Assembly (NCBI GenBank): GCA_947374225.1 | Contig: CANCAY010000001.1 | Coordinates: 48,841 to 112,840 of the forward strand | Source: Chitinophagaceae bacterium | GTDB lineage: Bacteria > Bacteroidota > Bacteroidia > Chitinophagales > Chitinophagaceae | Direction: 5' to 3' | Length of the DNA stretch: 64,000 bases | Shown: one piece after another, positions 1 to 11,709 of the stretch | How the letters are laid out: every line of letters begins with the position of its first letter | Numbering within the stretch: position 1 is the first letter of the stretch | The notes under the pieces: generated by a model | What the model was told of the DNA's origin: nothing | Databases searched by the model: none | Seen by the model: the letters and a program-made list of their open reading frames with translations, nothing else | Program-made: the position numbers and the translations under genes

Positions 1-101
1 GCTAATAATGATAAAGCAGTGAATCAATTAGGCTGGCAATGTAAATACGGATTAGACGAAATGATGCTCACAGCATGGCAGTGGGAACAAAGTTTGGCGG
101 A

Positions 102-1166
102 TTAATTCTGTACCAACATTTTTTCTGCGTTCTCGGCCATTTGCAATGCTTCAATAAATTCTTCAATCTCTCCGTTTATTACCGCATCCAAATTATAAGA
201 AGTAACATTCACTCTATGGTCTGTAACGCGTCCTTGTGGCCAGTTATAAGTTCTAATCTTGGCACTTCTGTCTCCTGTGCTAACCAATGTTTTACGATGT
301 CTTGAAATCTCGTCTTCTTGTTTACGTACTTGCTCCTCGAATAATTTAGTACGCATCATGCCCATTGCTTTCTCACGGTTACCTAACTGAGAACGTTCTG
401 TTTGACACACAATTACGGTACCTGTTGGAATATGCGTTAACTGTACTTTAGTTTCTACTTTATTTACGTTCTGTCCACCCGCTCCACCACTTCGTGAGGT
501 TTCCATTTTTACGTCAGCAGGATTTAATACAAAATCCACTTCCTCCGCTTCTGGCATTACCGCCACAGTTGCCGCAGAAGTATGTACTCTACCCTGTGTC
601 TCTGTACTTGGTACACGTTGTACACGATGCACCCCACTTTCAAATTTCATAGTACCATATACATCCTCTCCAGTTACTTCTAATATTACTTCCTTGTATC
701 CACCAACCGATCCTTCACTTTCTCCAATCAATGCCACTTTCCATCCTTTTCTTTGGCAATACCTAGTGTACATATTCAATAAATCACCCACAAACAAGCT
801 TGCTTCATCTCCACCTGTTCCTGCTCTTAATTCAATAATCGCATTTTTATCGTCCTGAGGGTCTTTGGGAATTAATAGTTTTGTCAACTCTTTTTCTAAT
901 GCATCTTTCTCTTCATCTAAGGCTGGCATCTCCATTTTAGCCAATTCACGCATATCTGCGTCGTCTCCATTTAATGATTCTTTAGCAAATTTATGCTCTG
1001 CCAAAACCTTCACATAACGCTCATATGGGATCACAATACGCTCTAATGAACGGTATTCCTTACTGTATTTGCCAAATTCTGACTGATTATTAATAATCTC
1101 TGGATTGGTCAAAGCCACCCCTACTTGGTCGAATCTTGCTTTTATGGCTTCTAATTTATCTAACAT
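102..1166 (-). CDS. prfA: peptide chain release factor 1
   Basis: GGQ motif ([14 protein letters not shown]), RF1-type PxT anticodon loop (RVPSTET), [11 protein letters not shown] and [12 protein letters not shown] motifs. Confidence 0.97.
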   Translation of the reverse strand: MLDKLEAIKARFDQVGVALTNPEIINNQSEFGKYSKEYRSLERIVIPYERYVKVLAEHKFAKESLNGDDADMRELAKMEMPALDEEKDALEKELTKLLIPKDPQDDKNAIIELRAGTGGDEASLFVGDLLNMYTRYCQRKGWKVALIGESEGSVGGYKEVILEVTGEDVYGTMKFESGVHRVQRVPSTETQGRVHTSAATVAVMPEAEEVDFVLNPADVKMETSRSGGAGGQNVNKVETKVQLTHIPTGTVIVCQTERSQLGNREKAMGMMRTKLFEEQVRKQEDEISRHRKTLVSTGDRSAKIRTYNWPQGRVTDHRVNVTSYNLDAVINGEIEEFIEALQMAENAEKMLVQN

Positions 1167-1226
1167 AGTCGTTTTTCTGTGCGCAAAAATAGTTATTTTA
1201 GTTGTGAATTAAAACAATCCCTTCAT

Positions 1227-2378
1227 ATGAAATACCTGCTAAGCCTTTGTATCCTTATTTCAGCTAGCGTACAAGCACAATCCATTCATTATAAATCAAT
1301 TCTAGTGGATACGCATAATGACGCTGTGACTGCTTGTATTGAGAAAAAAGTGAGCTTGGACCAGGACTTAACAGGAATAAACCATTCCGATTTAAAAAGA
1401 TTCAAACAAGGGGGCGTGGACTATCAATTGTTTTCTATTTGGTGTGACGGGGAGAAACAAAACCCTTATGCTTGGGCCATGAGAGAAATGGACACCATTG
1501 ACGCAGTAGCGGCACGCAATCCCGATAAAATGGTAGTTGCTAAGAATTGGAAGGAGATACAAAAAGCGTTGAAATCGGGAAAATTAGTAGCACAATATGG
1601 TGTAGAAGGTGGCCATATGTTGGAAGATGATATTAATCGCTTGGATACATTTTATAAAAGAGGGGTTCGCTATATGACCCTTACTTGGAATAATTCTCCT
1701 ACTTGGGCAAGTTCTCATGCAGACGAAAAAGATCCAAAATATACTGGTCATAAAGGGCTGAATGATTTTGGAAAAGAAATTATTCATCGCATGAATAAAC
1801 TAGGAATTATAGTAGACATTTCTCATGTGGGGGAAGCTACTTTTTGGGATGCCATAAATACTACTACCAAACCAGTGATTGCTTCACATAGTAATGCTTA
1901 TAGTATTTGCCCAGTGACCAGAAATTTAAAAGACGATCAGATTTTAGCTGTTGGGAAAAATGGCGGCGTGATTTGTTTAAATTTTTTCTCAGGATTCGTA
2001 GATAGTAATTTTTTAAAAAGAAATAACGAATTTAGAAAATCACATAAAGCAGAATTAGATTCCATGTTAGCAACAGGCATTCAACAAGAATATGCACAAG
2101 GACAATTAGCAGACAAATATAAAGCAGAGTCGGACGCCATTAAACCAGACCTAGAAGTATTAATGCAACACTTTGATCATATTGTAAAATTAATTGGCGT
2201 GGACCATATTGGCCTAGGCTCCGACTTTGACGGAATAGATTCCGCACCAAAGCAATTAAAAACAGTATTGGATTATCCTGAATTCACTAAAGCATTAATC
2301 GCAAGAGGGTACTCTAATAAGGATATTAAAAAAATATTGGGTGGAAATTTCTTAAGAGTGTACCGAGCTAATAATTAA
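1227..2378 (+). CDS. membrane dipeptidase (peptidase M19 family), secreted
   Basis: DTHND, VEGGH, DISH, ASHSN and GLGSDFDG motifs; start moved to ATG 1227 (MKYLLSL..., signal-peptide-like) from the ORF-track 1179. Confidence 0.85.
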   Translation: MKYLLSLCILISASVQAQSIHYKSILVDTHNDAVTACIEKKVSLDQDLTGINHSDLKRFKQGGVDYQLFSIWCDGEKQNPYAWAMREMDTIDAVAARNPDKMVVAKNWKEIQKALKSGKLVAQYGVEGGHMLEDDINRLDTFYKRGVRYMTLTWNNSPTWASSHADEKDPKYTGHKGLNDFGKEIIHRMNKLGIIVDISHVGEATFWDAINTTTKPVIASHSNAYSICPVTRNLKDDQILAVGKNGGVICLNFFSGFVDSNFLKRNNEFRKSHKAELDSMLATGIQQEYAQGQLADKYKAESDAIKPDLEVLMQHFDHIVKLIGVDHIGLGSDFDGIDSAPKQLKTVLDYPEFTKALIARGYSNKDIKKILGGNFLRVYRANN

Positions 2379-4380
2379 GCAACTGCTGCATCATTTCGTC
2401 TAACCTAGCATTTGCCATATATTGTTTTTCTAATTCCATATTGAATGGTATAGGCGTATCCAAACTTGCGCAACGCATTACTGGGGCGTCTAAATGTTCA
2501 AAGCAATATTGTGCAATCCATGCTGCAATTTCGGAGCCAATACCTCCTGTTAAATTGTCTTCATGCAATACAAGTACTTTGCCGGTTTGTTGAACTGCCA
2601 TGCGAATTGTGTCATAATCCAATGGCGCTAAACTTCTTAAGTCCACAATAGTCAATGACCGCTCCGGATGATTTGATTGGTATTCGTTCGCCCATAAAAC
2701 ACCCATACCATAAGTAATAATAGTAGCTTCCGTTCCTTCACTTACCATTACTGCTTTCCCAATAGGCACTTGATAGTATTCATTGGGAACTGCTCCTTCT
2801 ATTCGTCGATACAAGGCTTTATGTTCAAAAAATAAAACAGGGTTCGGGTCTAATAAAGCGGCTATTAATAATCCTTTTGCGTCAGCAGGATTGGATGGAT
2901 ATACCACTTTTAATCCTGGCACATGTGTAAACCAGGCTTCATTTGACTGTGAGTGAAAAGGACCTGCACCCACGCCACCGCCGGTAGGCATACGCACTAC
3001 AACGTCGGCATTCTGTCCCCAACGGTAATGGAGCTTCGCTAAATTATTTACAATTTGATTAAATGCAACCGTTACAAAATCCGCAAATTGCATTTCCATC
3101 ACCGACTTGATTCCTTCTAAACTTAATCCCAATGCGGTTCCCACAATTGCACTCTCGCATATGGGTGTATTACGAACTCTTTGTTTGCCGAATAATTCAA
3201 CAAAGCCTTCTGTTACCTTAAATGCACCACCATATTCTGCAATGTCCTGACCCATAATAACCATTTCAGGATAGCGTTCCATGGTTTGCTTTAAAGCTTC
3301 ACTTATAGCTTGTATGAATTTTTTATTGCTAGTTGTACCGGCCTCAAACTGTTCCTCAATATTTAATAAATTTTCATACGTTACTACACCTGTTTCAATA
3401 GCAGGTGCAAAAACGTCTGCTAATTCTGCTTCAATGGTTGGTGTAAAATCCACAGGCTCCATGGCTTTAGCTAAATCGGATTCTATCTGCGCTTTCATTT
3501 CAGCGTGGATATTTTCTACTTCCGTTTCAGTAAGTAATTTTTCTGCAATTAAATAAGCTTCGTAATTTTTAATAGGATCCTTCTTTGCCCACTCCTCCAT
3601 TAATGCAGGTGGCACATATTTGGTGCCACTTGCTTCCTCATGGCCACGCATTCTAAAAGTAGTACACTCTATTAAATAAGGCTTTTGATTATTGATACAA
3701 TATTCTCTAACACCTTTTATTGTTTCATACACTTCTAAAATATTATTACCGTCAATACGAATGCCTTCCATTCCATATCCTTTGGCACGGTCCACTAAAT
3801 AATCACATGCATATTGTTCATTCGTTGGTGTACTTAATCCGTATCCATTATTTTCAATAATAAAAATGACAGGTAAATTCCAAACCGCTGCAACATTCAA
3901 AGCTTCATGAAAATCCCCTTCGCTGGTACCGCCGTCCCCTGTAAATGCAAGTGTTGCTTTTAATTGACCGCGTTGCTGATAAGCCAATGCCACACCGTCT
4001 GCAATAGCTAACTGTGGTCCTAAATGGGAGATCATCCCACAAATATGATGTGCTTTACTTCCAAAATGGAAGCTACGTTCTCTAGCTTTACTAAAACTAT
4101 CTCTATCACCCTGCCATTGTTTGAACATATCTACCAAGGACATATCACGTCCAGTAAAAACGCCTAAGTTTCTGTGTAATGGCATGATCCATTCTGTTGG
4201 ATCCATTGCCAATGTAGCACCTACCGAAATGGCTTCCTGTCCAATACCACTAAACCATTTGCTAATTTTTCCTTGACGTAATAATACCAACATTTTTTCT
4301 TCAATCATTCTTGGCCAAACCATAGAACGATAAAAATGAATCAGTTGCTCCTTCTCCAAGTTGCCTCGTTGATATTCCAT
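2368..4380 (-). CDS. 2-oxoisovalerate (branched-chain 2-oxoacid) dehydrogenase E1, fused alpha+beta
   Basis: TPP-binding GDGGTSEG...N motif, FRMRGHEEAS, beta-domain GQDIAEYGGAFKVT, NTPICES, GPFHSQ. Confidence 0.9.
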   Translation of the reverse strand: MEYQRGNLEKEQLIHFYRSMVWPRMIEEKMLVLLRQGKISKWFSGIGQEAISVGATLAMDPTEWIMPLHRNLGVFTGRDMSLVDMFKQWQGDRDSFSKARERSFHFGSKAHHICGMISHLGPQLAIADGVALAYQQRGQLKATLAFTGDGGTSEGDFHEALNVAAVWNLPVIFIIENNGYGLSTPTNEQYACDYLVDRAKGYGMEGIRIDGNNILEVYETIKGVREYCINNQKPYLIECTTFRMRGHEEASGTKYVPPALMEEWAKKDPIKNYEAYLIAEKLLTETEVENIHAEMKAQIESDLAKAMEPVDFTPTIEAELADVFAPAIETGVVTYENLLNIEEQFEAGTTSNKKFIQAISEALKQTMERYPEMVIMGQDIAEYGGAFKVTEGFVELFGKQRVRNTPICESAIVGTALGLSLEGIKSVMEMQFADFVTVAFNQIVNNLAKLHYRWGQNADVVVRMPTGGGVGAGPFHSQSNEAWFTHVPGLKVVYPSNPADAKGLLIAALLDPNPVLFFEHKALYRRIEGAVPNEYYQVPIGKAVMVSEGTEATIITYGMGVLWANEYQSNHPERSLTIVDLRSLAPLDYDTIRMAVQQTGKVLVLHEDNLTGGIGSEIAAWIAQYCFEHLDAPVMRCASLDTPIPFNMELEKQYMANARLDEMMQQLLNY

Positions 4381-4386
4381 TACAAA

Positions 4387-5154
4387 TTAGTCTCTTGAGC
4401 TTAGCTTACTCAATAATTTTAAAATTTCTAAATATAACCACACTAAAGTTACTAATAAAGCGAATGCACTATACCATTCCATGAATTTAGGAGCGCCCAT
4501 TTCAGCAGCTCTTTCGATAGAATCAAAATCTAATAATAAATTCATTGCCGCAATACCCACCACAAATAAACTAATTCCAATACTTAAAAGAGAATTATCA
4601 AAAGCAAATCCCATATTCACTCCAAACATGCCTAGGATCCAAGTGATTAAATAAAACAATCCAATACCCATTGTTGCAGACATGATGATAGAACGTAATC
4701 TGTTGGTAACTGTTATGATTCTAAAATTATATAACAAGAACATAGACAATGCAACACCCAATGTTAAACCTACTGCTTGTAATACTAAATTAGGATGCGT
4801 CTTGGCAAACATTTGATTAAAGTAAGCACTAATGCCTCCAATAAATAAGCCCTCTAAAATACCATAGGCAGGAGCTATATAGCCAGACCAATTAGGCTTG
4901 AACATCATAACCATTGCAAGTACTAATCCTCCAATGGCACCCCCAATCATTAACATAGTAACAGTAGCAGTATTGCCTTCTGCAAATAAATTCCAACTAT
5001 ACATGGCAGAAGCCATCACCATTAATAATAAAAACCCAAATTTATTCATAGTACCGCGCACACTCATCACCCCAAAAGCGCCTGCTGTTTCATGTATACT
5101 CTTATCAAAAATTTTCTCCGTTAAGGTTGGATTCCCTGTTTTAAATGCTGACAT
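4387..5154 (-). CDS. Bax inhibitor-1/YccA family membrane protein
   Basis: multi-TM protein with C-terminal LLLDFD...EWYSAFALLVTLVWLYLEILKLL signature. Confidence 0.85.
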   Translation of the reverse strand: MSAFKTGNPTLTEKIFDKSIHETAGAFGVMSVRGTMNKFGFLLLMVMASAMYSWNLFAEGNTATVTMLMIGGAIGGLVLAMVMMFKPNWSGYIAPAYGILEGLFIGGISAYFNQMFAKTHPNLVLQAVGLTLGVALSMFLLYNFRIITVTNRLRSIIMSATMGIGLFYLITWILGMFGVNMGFAFDNSLLSIGISLFVVGIAAMNLLLDFDSIERAAEMGAPKFMEWYSAFALLVTLVWLYLEILKLLSKLSSRD

Positions 5155-5242
5155 ATAATTATGTTTATTTTTCTATTATAAAAATACAAAATACTTTAGG
5201 TAATTAACCAATTGGCTGCCTTAAAAAAAGGTTAATCCCGGC

Positions 5243-6055
5243 TTATTTCTTCAAGTTCGGGTAGCTGGTAAGTTTTCTAAATCGAAAATCAGGTCTTTGC
5301 TTTAAAAGCGTAATCATGGTATTCAATTTCACAGAGTCTGCTGGGGCTCTAAACATCACATCATGCATTAAAATTACTAAATGGTTTTTAGTCTTGGTTT
5401 TGTTGTAAAAAAACAAGCTGTCAGCCAATGAAACAATATATTCTGGGCTATTCACAGGTCTTCCTGATTTATTAAAATGCCATTCCATATCCCAACCTAT
5501 CACATTATATCCAGTACTGTCTAGTTTATGTACAAGTGGGCGTACCAAGCCGCTTGCTCTTTTTTCGACTTGCGTATTCCAAGCATTGTTTCCAGGTAAA
5601 CGCACTAAATTATTTTTGGGCTGCAGTATAAATTTGGCTTTGTTGAAGTCCGCTAGTGCTGAGTCTGGCTGATGGTAGTAGTCCAAATAGTCCCCAAAAA
5701 ACGCATGTGAAAAACTATGGTTTGCAATGTCAAACAACCTGTCATTTTTCAATATTCTTTGATATAAATGCTTCCCATAATTACTTCTTGATTCATGAAA
5801 AGCAACTTCAAAAAAAGTAGCAGCTACATTCTGTTGCGTACATATATCAATGCAATTAGAAGTGCCGGGTAAAGGACCGTCGTCAAAGCTTAAATAGATA
5901 TGCTTAACTAAACTGTCGGCTAACTCTGGCTCTTTTTGTTGCACTATTGCAACAGGTGTTGCCTGCGATGCTGTCAAATGAGTTAGCATCCTTTGGGTAT
6001 TCCCTACTAAAAGAAACAGGACCTGGGTCAATATGTTAAAAAATAAGCCAATCAT
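5243..6055 (-). CDS. polysaccharide deacetylase (CE4/NodB) family protein
   Basis: SFDDGP, NHSFSH, RLPG and LMHD motifs; start moved to ATG 6055 to remove the overlap with the divergent gene (start uncertain). Confidence 0.8.
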   Translation of the reverse strand: MIGLFFNILTQVLFLLVGNTQRMLTHLTASQATPVAIVQQKEPELADSLVKHIYLSFDDGPLPGTSNCIDICTQQNVAATFFEVAFHESRSNYGKHLYQRILKNDRLFDIANHSFSHAFFGDYLDYYHQPDSALADFNKAKFILQPKNNLVRLPGNNAWNTQVEKRASGLVRPLVHKLDSTGYNVIGWDMEWHFNKSGRPVNSPEYIVSLADSLFFYNKTKTKNHLVILMHDVMFRAPADSVKLNTMITLLKQRPDFRFRKLTSYPNLKK

Positions 6056-6167
6056 TATTTTACCTTGAAATTGAAGCAGCAAAGGTAGCCAACATATGAT
6101 AATAATCTTATAAATAATTAAGGTTTTAGGCAGGGTAACCTGTAACTTTACCCTCAAATTGATGCAT

Positions 6168-8012
6168 ATGCAAAAAGACGTTGTATTACAAGATGTTGTT
6201 ATCAAATTCGCAGGAGATAGTGGCGATGGGATGCAATTAACAGGTCAACAGTTTACTAATAACACCGCATTATTAGGAATTGATTTAGCAACTTTCCCTG
6301 ACTTCCCTGCAGAGATTCGTGCTCCAATAGGAACCCTTCCGGGAGTGAGTGGTTTTCAACTTCATTTTAGTTCTGATAGAGTTTATACACCAGGTGATGT
6401 TTGTGATGTTTTAGTTGCGATGAATGCAGCTGCCTTAAAAGTGAATTTAAAAAACTTAAAAAAAGGTGGAAAAATTATCGCAAATATTGACGGTTTTGAT
6501 ACTAAAAATTTACGTCTTGCTGCTTATACCGACGGCGTAAACCCTTTAGAGGACGGGAGTTTAGACAGTTATGACCTAACTAAAGTAGACGTAACAAAAT
6601 TAACTCGTGAAGCATTAGCCGCTCACACTGAATTAGGAGTTAAAGAAAGAGACCGTGCGAAAAACATGTTTGTATTAGGATTAATCTATTGGTTATACAA
6701 TAGAGATTTAGATACAACTATAACTTTCTTAAAAGAGAAATTTGGTAAAAAAGAAAATATCCTAAAGAGTAATATCGATGTTTTAAAAGCAGGCTATTTC
6801 TATGGCGAAACAACTGAATTATTTAACACAAGATATAAGGTAGAGAAAGCAACAATGGAACCAGGTACTTATAGAAGTATTATGGGAAACCAAGCTTTGT
6901 CTATGGGATTAGTGGCCGCTGCACAAAAAAGTGGTTTGACTTTATTTTTAGGGTCTTACCCAATTACTCCTGCAACTGATATACTTCATGAATTGAGTAA
7001 GTATAAAAACTTTGGGGTAAAAACTTTCCAAGCAGAGGACGAAATTGCTGGTATTGGAGCTGCTATTGGGGCAAGTTATGGTGGAGCCATTGGCTTAACC
7101 ACTACATCTGGACCAGGTATGGCATTAAAAACAGAAGCTATTGGCTTGGCTACTATGTTAGAGATTCCTTTAGTCATTGTAAATATTCAAAGAGGAGGCC
7201 CTTCAACTGGCTTACCTACTAAGACAGAGCAAAGTGACTTAATGCAAGCGTATTACGGACGAAATGGAGAAGCTCCAATTCCTGTTCTTGCTGCAGCTAC
7301 ACCTAGTGACTGTTTCCATATGGCTTACGAAGCAGTTAGAATTGCTTTACAACATATGACTCCTGTTATATTATTAAGTGACGGCTATATTGCCAATGGT
7401 GCTGAACCTTGGAAATTCCCTAAAGCTTCAGATATTCCAGCTATTGAAGTAAAATTCAAAACGGAATTAGACGAAGGCGAAGCAAAATTCTTACCCTACA
7501 AGCGTAATGAAAAATTAGCTAGACCTTGGGCTGTTCCTGGAACACCGGGATTAGAGCATCGTATTGGTGGTTTAGAGAAACAACACGAAACGGGTAATGT
7601 TAGCTACGACTCAGAGAACCATGAGTTCATGATTAAAATGAGAGATGCTAAAGTGGCTAAAATTGCAGATTATATTCCTTTACAAACTATTGACACCGGA
7701 GCAGAAAAAGGTAAAGTATTGGTATTAGGATGGGGTTCTACTTATGGTACTATTAAGAGTGCTGCTATGCAATTGCAAAGTCAAGGTAAGCAAGTAAGTC
7801 ATGCTCATATTAAGTATATGCGCCCTTTCCCTAAAAACTTAGGTGACATTTTGAAAAATTTTGAAACTATTTTAATTCCAGAAATTAATAATGGTCAATT
7901 AATTAAAATTATCCGCGATCAGTATTTTGTAGACGCAAAAGGATATAATAAAATTATGGGTGTGCCAATTACTAAACACGAGTTAGTGTCTGAGATTGAG
8001 AAGTACTTATAA
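6168..8012 (+). CDS. korA: 2-oxoacid:acceptor (ferredoxin) oxidoreductase subunit alpha, gamma-alpha fusion
   Basis: FAGDSGDGMQLTG N-terminus, YPITPA, QAEDEIA, TTSGPG, QRGGPSTGLPTK; substrate (2-oxoglutarate or other) not proven. Confidence 0.88.
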   Translation: MQKDVVLQDVVIKFAGDSGDGMQLTGQQFTNNTALLGIDLATFPDFPAEIRAPIGTLPGVSGFQLHFSSDRVYTPGDVCDVLVAMNAAALKVNLKNLKKGGKIIANIDGFDTKNLRLAAYTDGVNPLEDGSLDSYDLTKVDVTKLTREALAAHTELGVKERDRAKNMFVLGLIYWLYNRDLDTTITFLKEKFGKKENILKSNIDVLKAGYFYGETTELFNTRYKVEKATMEPGTYRSIMGNQALSMGLVAAAQKSGLTLFLGSYPITPATDILHELSKYKNFGVKTFQAEDEIAGIGAAIGASYGGAIGLTTTSGPGMALKTEAIGLATMLEIPLVIVNIQRGGPSTGLPTKTEQSDLMQAYYGRNGEAPIPVLAAATPSDCFHMAYEAVRIALQHMTPVILLSDGYIANGAEPWKFPKASDIPAIEVKFKTELDEGEAKFLPYKRNEKLARPWAVPGTPGLEHRIGGLEKQHETGNVSYDSENHEFMIKMRDAKVAKIADYIPLQTIDTGAEKGKVLVLGWGSTYGTIKSAAMQLQSQGKQVSHAHIKYMRPFPKNLGDILKNFETILIPEINNGQLIKIIRDQYFVDAKGYNKIMGVPITKHELVSEIEKYL

Positions 8013-8645
8013 TTTTTCATAATATTTACAGAAGCCCTTGATGCCGCATTCCGAGCATTTAGGGCTTCTTGCTGTACACACATATCTTCCATGTAATATT
8101 AACCAATGATGTGCTTTATGAACTAAAGCTGGGGGGATACGTTTGATTAAAGCTTTCTCTACCGCCAATGGTGTTGTTGCTGTTTGTGGGACTAGGCCTA
8201 TCCTTTTACTTAATCTATTTACATGTGTATCCACCGCCATATTAGGTTGTTCGTCAATAACGCTCGTAATTACATTCGCCGTTTTTCTTCCTACTCCAGG
8301 CAGGGTGACTAATTCTTCTACGGTCATAGGCACTTCACTTGCATAATCCTGTATGAGCTTTTGACTCATGCCAATTAAATGCTTGGTTTTATTACTAGGA
8401 TAAGAAATGCTTTTAATTAATAAAAACAAGTCGTCAAAACTAGCTTCTGACATTTTTTGTGGTGTTGGGTATTGCTTGAAAATTGCAGGTGTAGTAAGGT
8501 TTACACGCTTGTCGGTGCACTGTGCAGACAAAATAACAGCAACTAATAATTGAAATGGATTCTCGTATGACAGTTCTGTTTCTGCAACTGGAACATGTTC
8601 TAGAAAAAAGTCAATTACTTTTTGATAACGTTCTTGTAATTTCAT
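8007..8645 (-). CDS. nth: endonuclease III
   Basis: LLVAVILSAQCTD, HhH LPGVGRKTANV, VDTHV, 4Fe-4S motif C-x6-C-x2-C-x5-C. Confidence 0.96.
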   Translation of the reverse strand: MKLQERYQKVIDFFLEHVPVAETELSYENPFQLLVAVILSAQCTDKRVNLTTPAIFKQYPTPQKMSEASFDDLFLLIKSISYPSNKTKHLIGMSQKLIQDYASEVPMTVEELVTLPGVGRKTANVITSVIDEQPNMAVDTHVNRLSKRIGLVPQTATTPLAVEKALIKRIPPALVHKAHHWLILHGRYVCTARSPKCSECGIKGFCKYYEKL

Positions 8646-8666
8646 GTAAAGCCGGTCTTGAATTAA

Positions 8667-8987
8667 TTATTTATTTTCAGAACCTGTCTTTGTGCTGTCT
8701 TCAAACAAATAAACTTCTTCTCCTTCACGTCTTAATAAATATCGCTCTCTTGCAAACTTCTCAATAGAAGCCGGATTATTTTGTAAATTCTCTAATTGAC
8801 TTTTAGTGTTGTTAATCTCGTCCTGATAGTATTTCTTAGCTGCTTCTACTTTTTTCAACTCAGCACTTCTTTCTCTTTGTAAGAAAAAATCTCGTTGATC
8901 AAAAAACAACATCCATATCACAAATGCTAATGTTACAATTAAATAACGATTGGTAATAAATGGAATGATTTTTTTTACTGCTGACAT
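8667..8987 (-). CDS. septum formation initiator (FtsB/DivIC family)
   Basis: single N-terminal TM, coiled coil, IEKFARERYLL...E motif; next to eno; start moved to ATG 8987. Confidence 0.75.
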   Translation of the reverse strand: MSAVKKIIPFITNRYLIVTLAFVIWMLFFDQRDFFLQRERSAELKKVEAAKKYYQDEINNTKSQLENLQNNPASIEKFARERYLLRREGEEVYLFEDSTKTGSENK

Positions 8988-9030
8988 AAACGTTGATTGC
9001 AGTAAAATTAACATAGTTCTACTAATACTC

Positions 9031-9067
9031 AAAAAAAAGAATGAGCCCCTTTTGAGGACTCATTCTT
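9031..9067 (-). terminator. intrinsic terminator of eno
   Basis: AAGAATGAG/CTCATTCTT stem (9037-9045 / 9059-9067) with inner G-U pairs, followed by a U8 run on the minus strand. Confidence 0.75.
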
Positions 9068-9103
9068 AATATGATATTATCTCACAAAGAGATATTGAAT
9101 TGA

Positions 9104-10417
<1,314 letters not shown>

Positions 10418-10464
10418 CTACAATAATGATATTAAAATTCGAGACTGCAATTTACACCTTTTTT

Positions 10465-11364
10465 TTAATGGGTAAGCAATTTGAAGATTTCTTCTAAACT
10501 CGCCTCTTCTGTCTGCAAACGCTGTATATTCAAGCCTTTATCAATTGCGAACTGCATTATTTTTTTCTTAATATCTACATTAGCATCTAATTTTAGTACT
10601 AACAGATGTTTGTCAATGGAAATCACATACGCATTAAGTTCCCCTAATTGGTCTCTGAAAGCAGTTATATCATCTTCAAAACTTACCCGTAAATTATTAG
10701 TCAAAGGTTGCAATAATGTTTCAATGGGTTCATTCGCAACCAATTTCCCTTCATGCAATACCAATACACTAGAACAGATTGCAGTAACTTCGTGTAGTAT
10801 ATGTGTTGAAAATAAAATCATTGCATTAGTACTTAATGACTTTATTACATTTCTAATTTCAATTAATTGATTCGGATCCAGTCCTGAAGTAGGTTCGTCT
10901 AATAACAACAAAGCGGGCTCATGTAAAATAGCCGCAGCAATACCCACTCTTTGTTTATATCCTTTGGAAAGTTGTCCTATTTTTTTTTGCTGCATTGGCC
11001 CTAATCCAAGTTGCTCAACTACAGCATCTATTCTTTTTGGAATTTGATTGATTTGATGAATCTTACCCAAAAATTGTAAATATTCTTTTACATATAAATC
11101 CTCGTACAAAGCATTTGACTCCGGCAAATAACCGATTAATTTTTTAGCCGCTATTGGGTCTTTGTCAACAGCTATTCCATTGATGGTAATAGTACCAGAG
11201 TCAGGTGTTAAGAAACCTGCTATCATCTTTAAGGTAGTGCTTTTGCCGGCTCCATTGGGTCCCAAAAAGCCTACGACCTCTCCTTTATCTATTGAAAAAG
11301 AAATCGCATCAACAGCAATTTGCTTGTCATATTTTTTAGAAACCTGATGTACATTTAAAGACAT
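10465..11364 (-). CDS. gldA: ABC transporter ATP-binding protein, GldA-like (gliding motility associated)
   Basis: Walker A GPNGAGKST, signature LSKGYKQRVG (KGY variant typical of GldA), Walker B LLLDEPT, STH; no permease adjacent. Confidence 0.65.
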   Translation of the reverse strand: MSLNVHQVSKKYDKQIAVDAISFSIDKGEVVGFLGPNGAGKSTTLKMIAGFLTPDSGTITINGIAVDKDPIAAKKLIGYLPESNALYEDLYVKEYLQFLGKIHQINQIPKRIDAVVEQLGLGPMQQKKIGQLSKGYKQRVGIAAAILHEPALLLLDEPTSGLDPNQLIEIRNVIKSLSTNAMILFSTHILHEVTAICSSVLVLHEGKLVANEPIETLLQPLTNNLRVSFEDDITAFRDQLGELNAYVISIDKHLLVLKLDANVDIKKKIMQFAIDKGLNIQRLQTEEASLEEIFKLLTH

Positions 11365-11367
11365 ACC

Positions 11368-11375
11368 CAAAAGTA
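11368..11375 (-). promoter_or_regulatory. Bacteroidota -7 promoter element TACTTTTG, 3 nt before the ATG of the GldA-like gene
   Basis: exact match to the TAnnTTTG consensus. Confidence 0.55.
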
Positions 11376-11404
11376 CTTAACTAAAATGAATTGTATTTTA
11401 TTTT

Positions 11405-11659
11405 CTAGTCTTCAAGCTCTTCAGAGTTCGATGGCAAATGCGCATACGCGTCTTCTGATGCATATTTTCCAAAAATAAAAAAGCCAACACATATAGGTGT
11501 AAAAATGAGTAGAATTATCACCCATTGTAATATCACATTGGATCTGGTTGCCTCTGAAGCAGTATTGATCTTCGTAATTGCTTGGTACACTAAAAAACAT
11601 ATAATAGCAGGAGCGGTGATCATCCATATATAGCCTAATAGTTGCTTAATCTTATTCAT
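11405..11659 (-). CDS. small two-TM membrane protein (DUF6814-like), downstream of MFS transporter
   Basis: two hydrophobic helices, C-terminal Y..LP..S.EL; family assignment from memory. Confidence 0.6.
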   Translation of the reverse strand: MNKIKQLLGYIWMITAPAIICFLVYQAITKINTASEATRSNVILQWVIILLIFTPICVGFFIFGKYASEDAYAHLPSNSEELED

Positions 11660-11709
11660 AAAAATTTAATTTTAAATACGTGAATCCTTTATTAAATCGA
11701 GTTTACGAT

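Noticed and set aside
2368-4380. E1 alpha-beta fusion as a novelty
   Set aside because: Fused BCKDH E1 is well known in Bacteroidota and Chlamydiae.
4380-4389. Leaderless promoter for the BCKDH gene (TAATTTG-ta-ATG on the minus strand)
   Set aside because: The motif includes the upstream gene's stop codon, spacing is shorter than in the other cases, and operonic read-through explains it equally well.
6056-6205. Apparent 47-bp head-to-head overlap of the deacetylase and korA ORFs
   Set aside because: Artefact of the longest-ORF start choice; plausible ATGs at 6055 (minus) and 6168 (plus) leave a normal divergent promoter gap.
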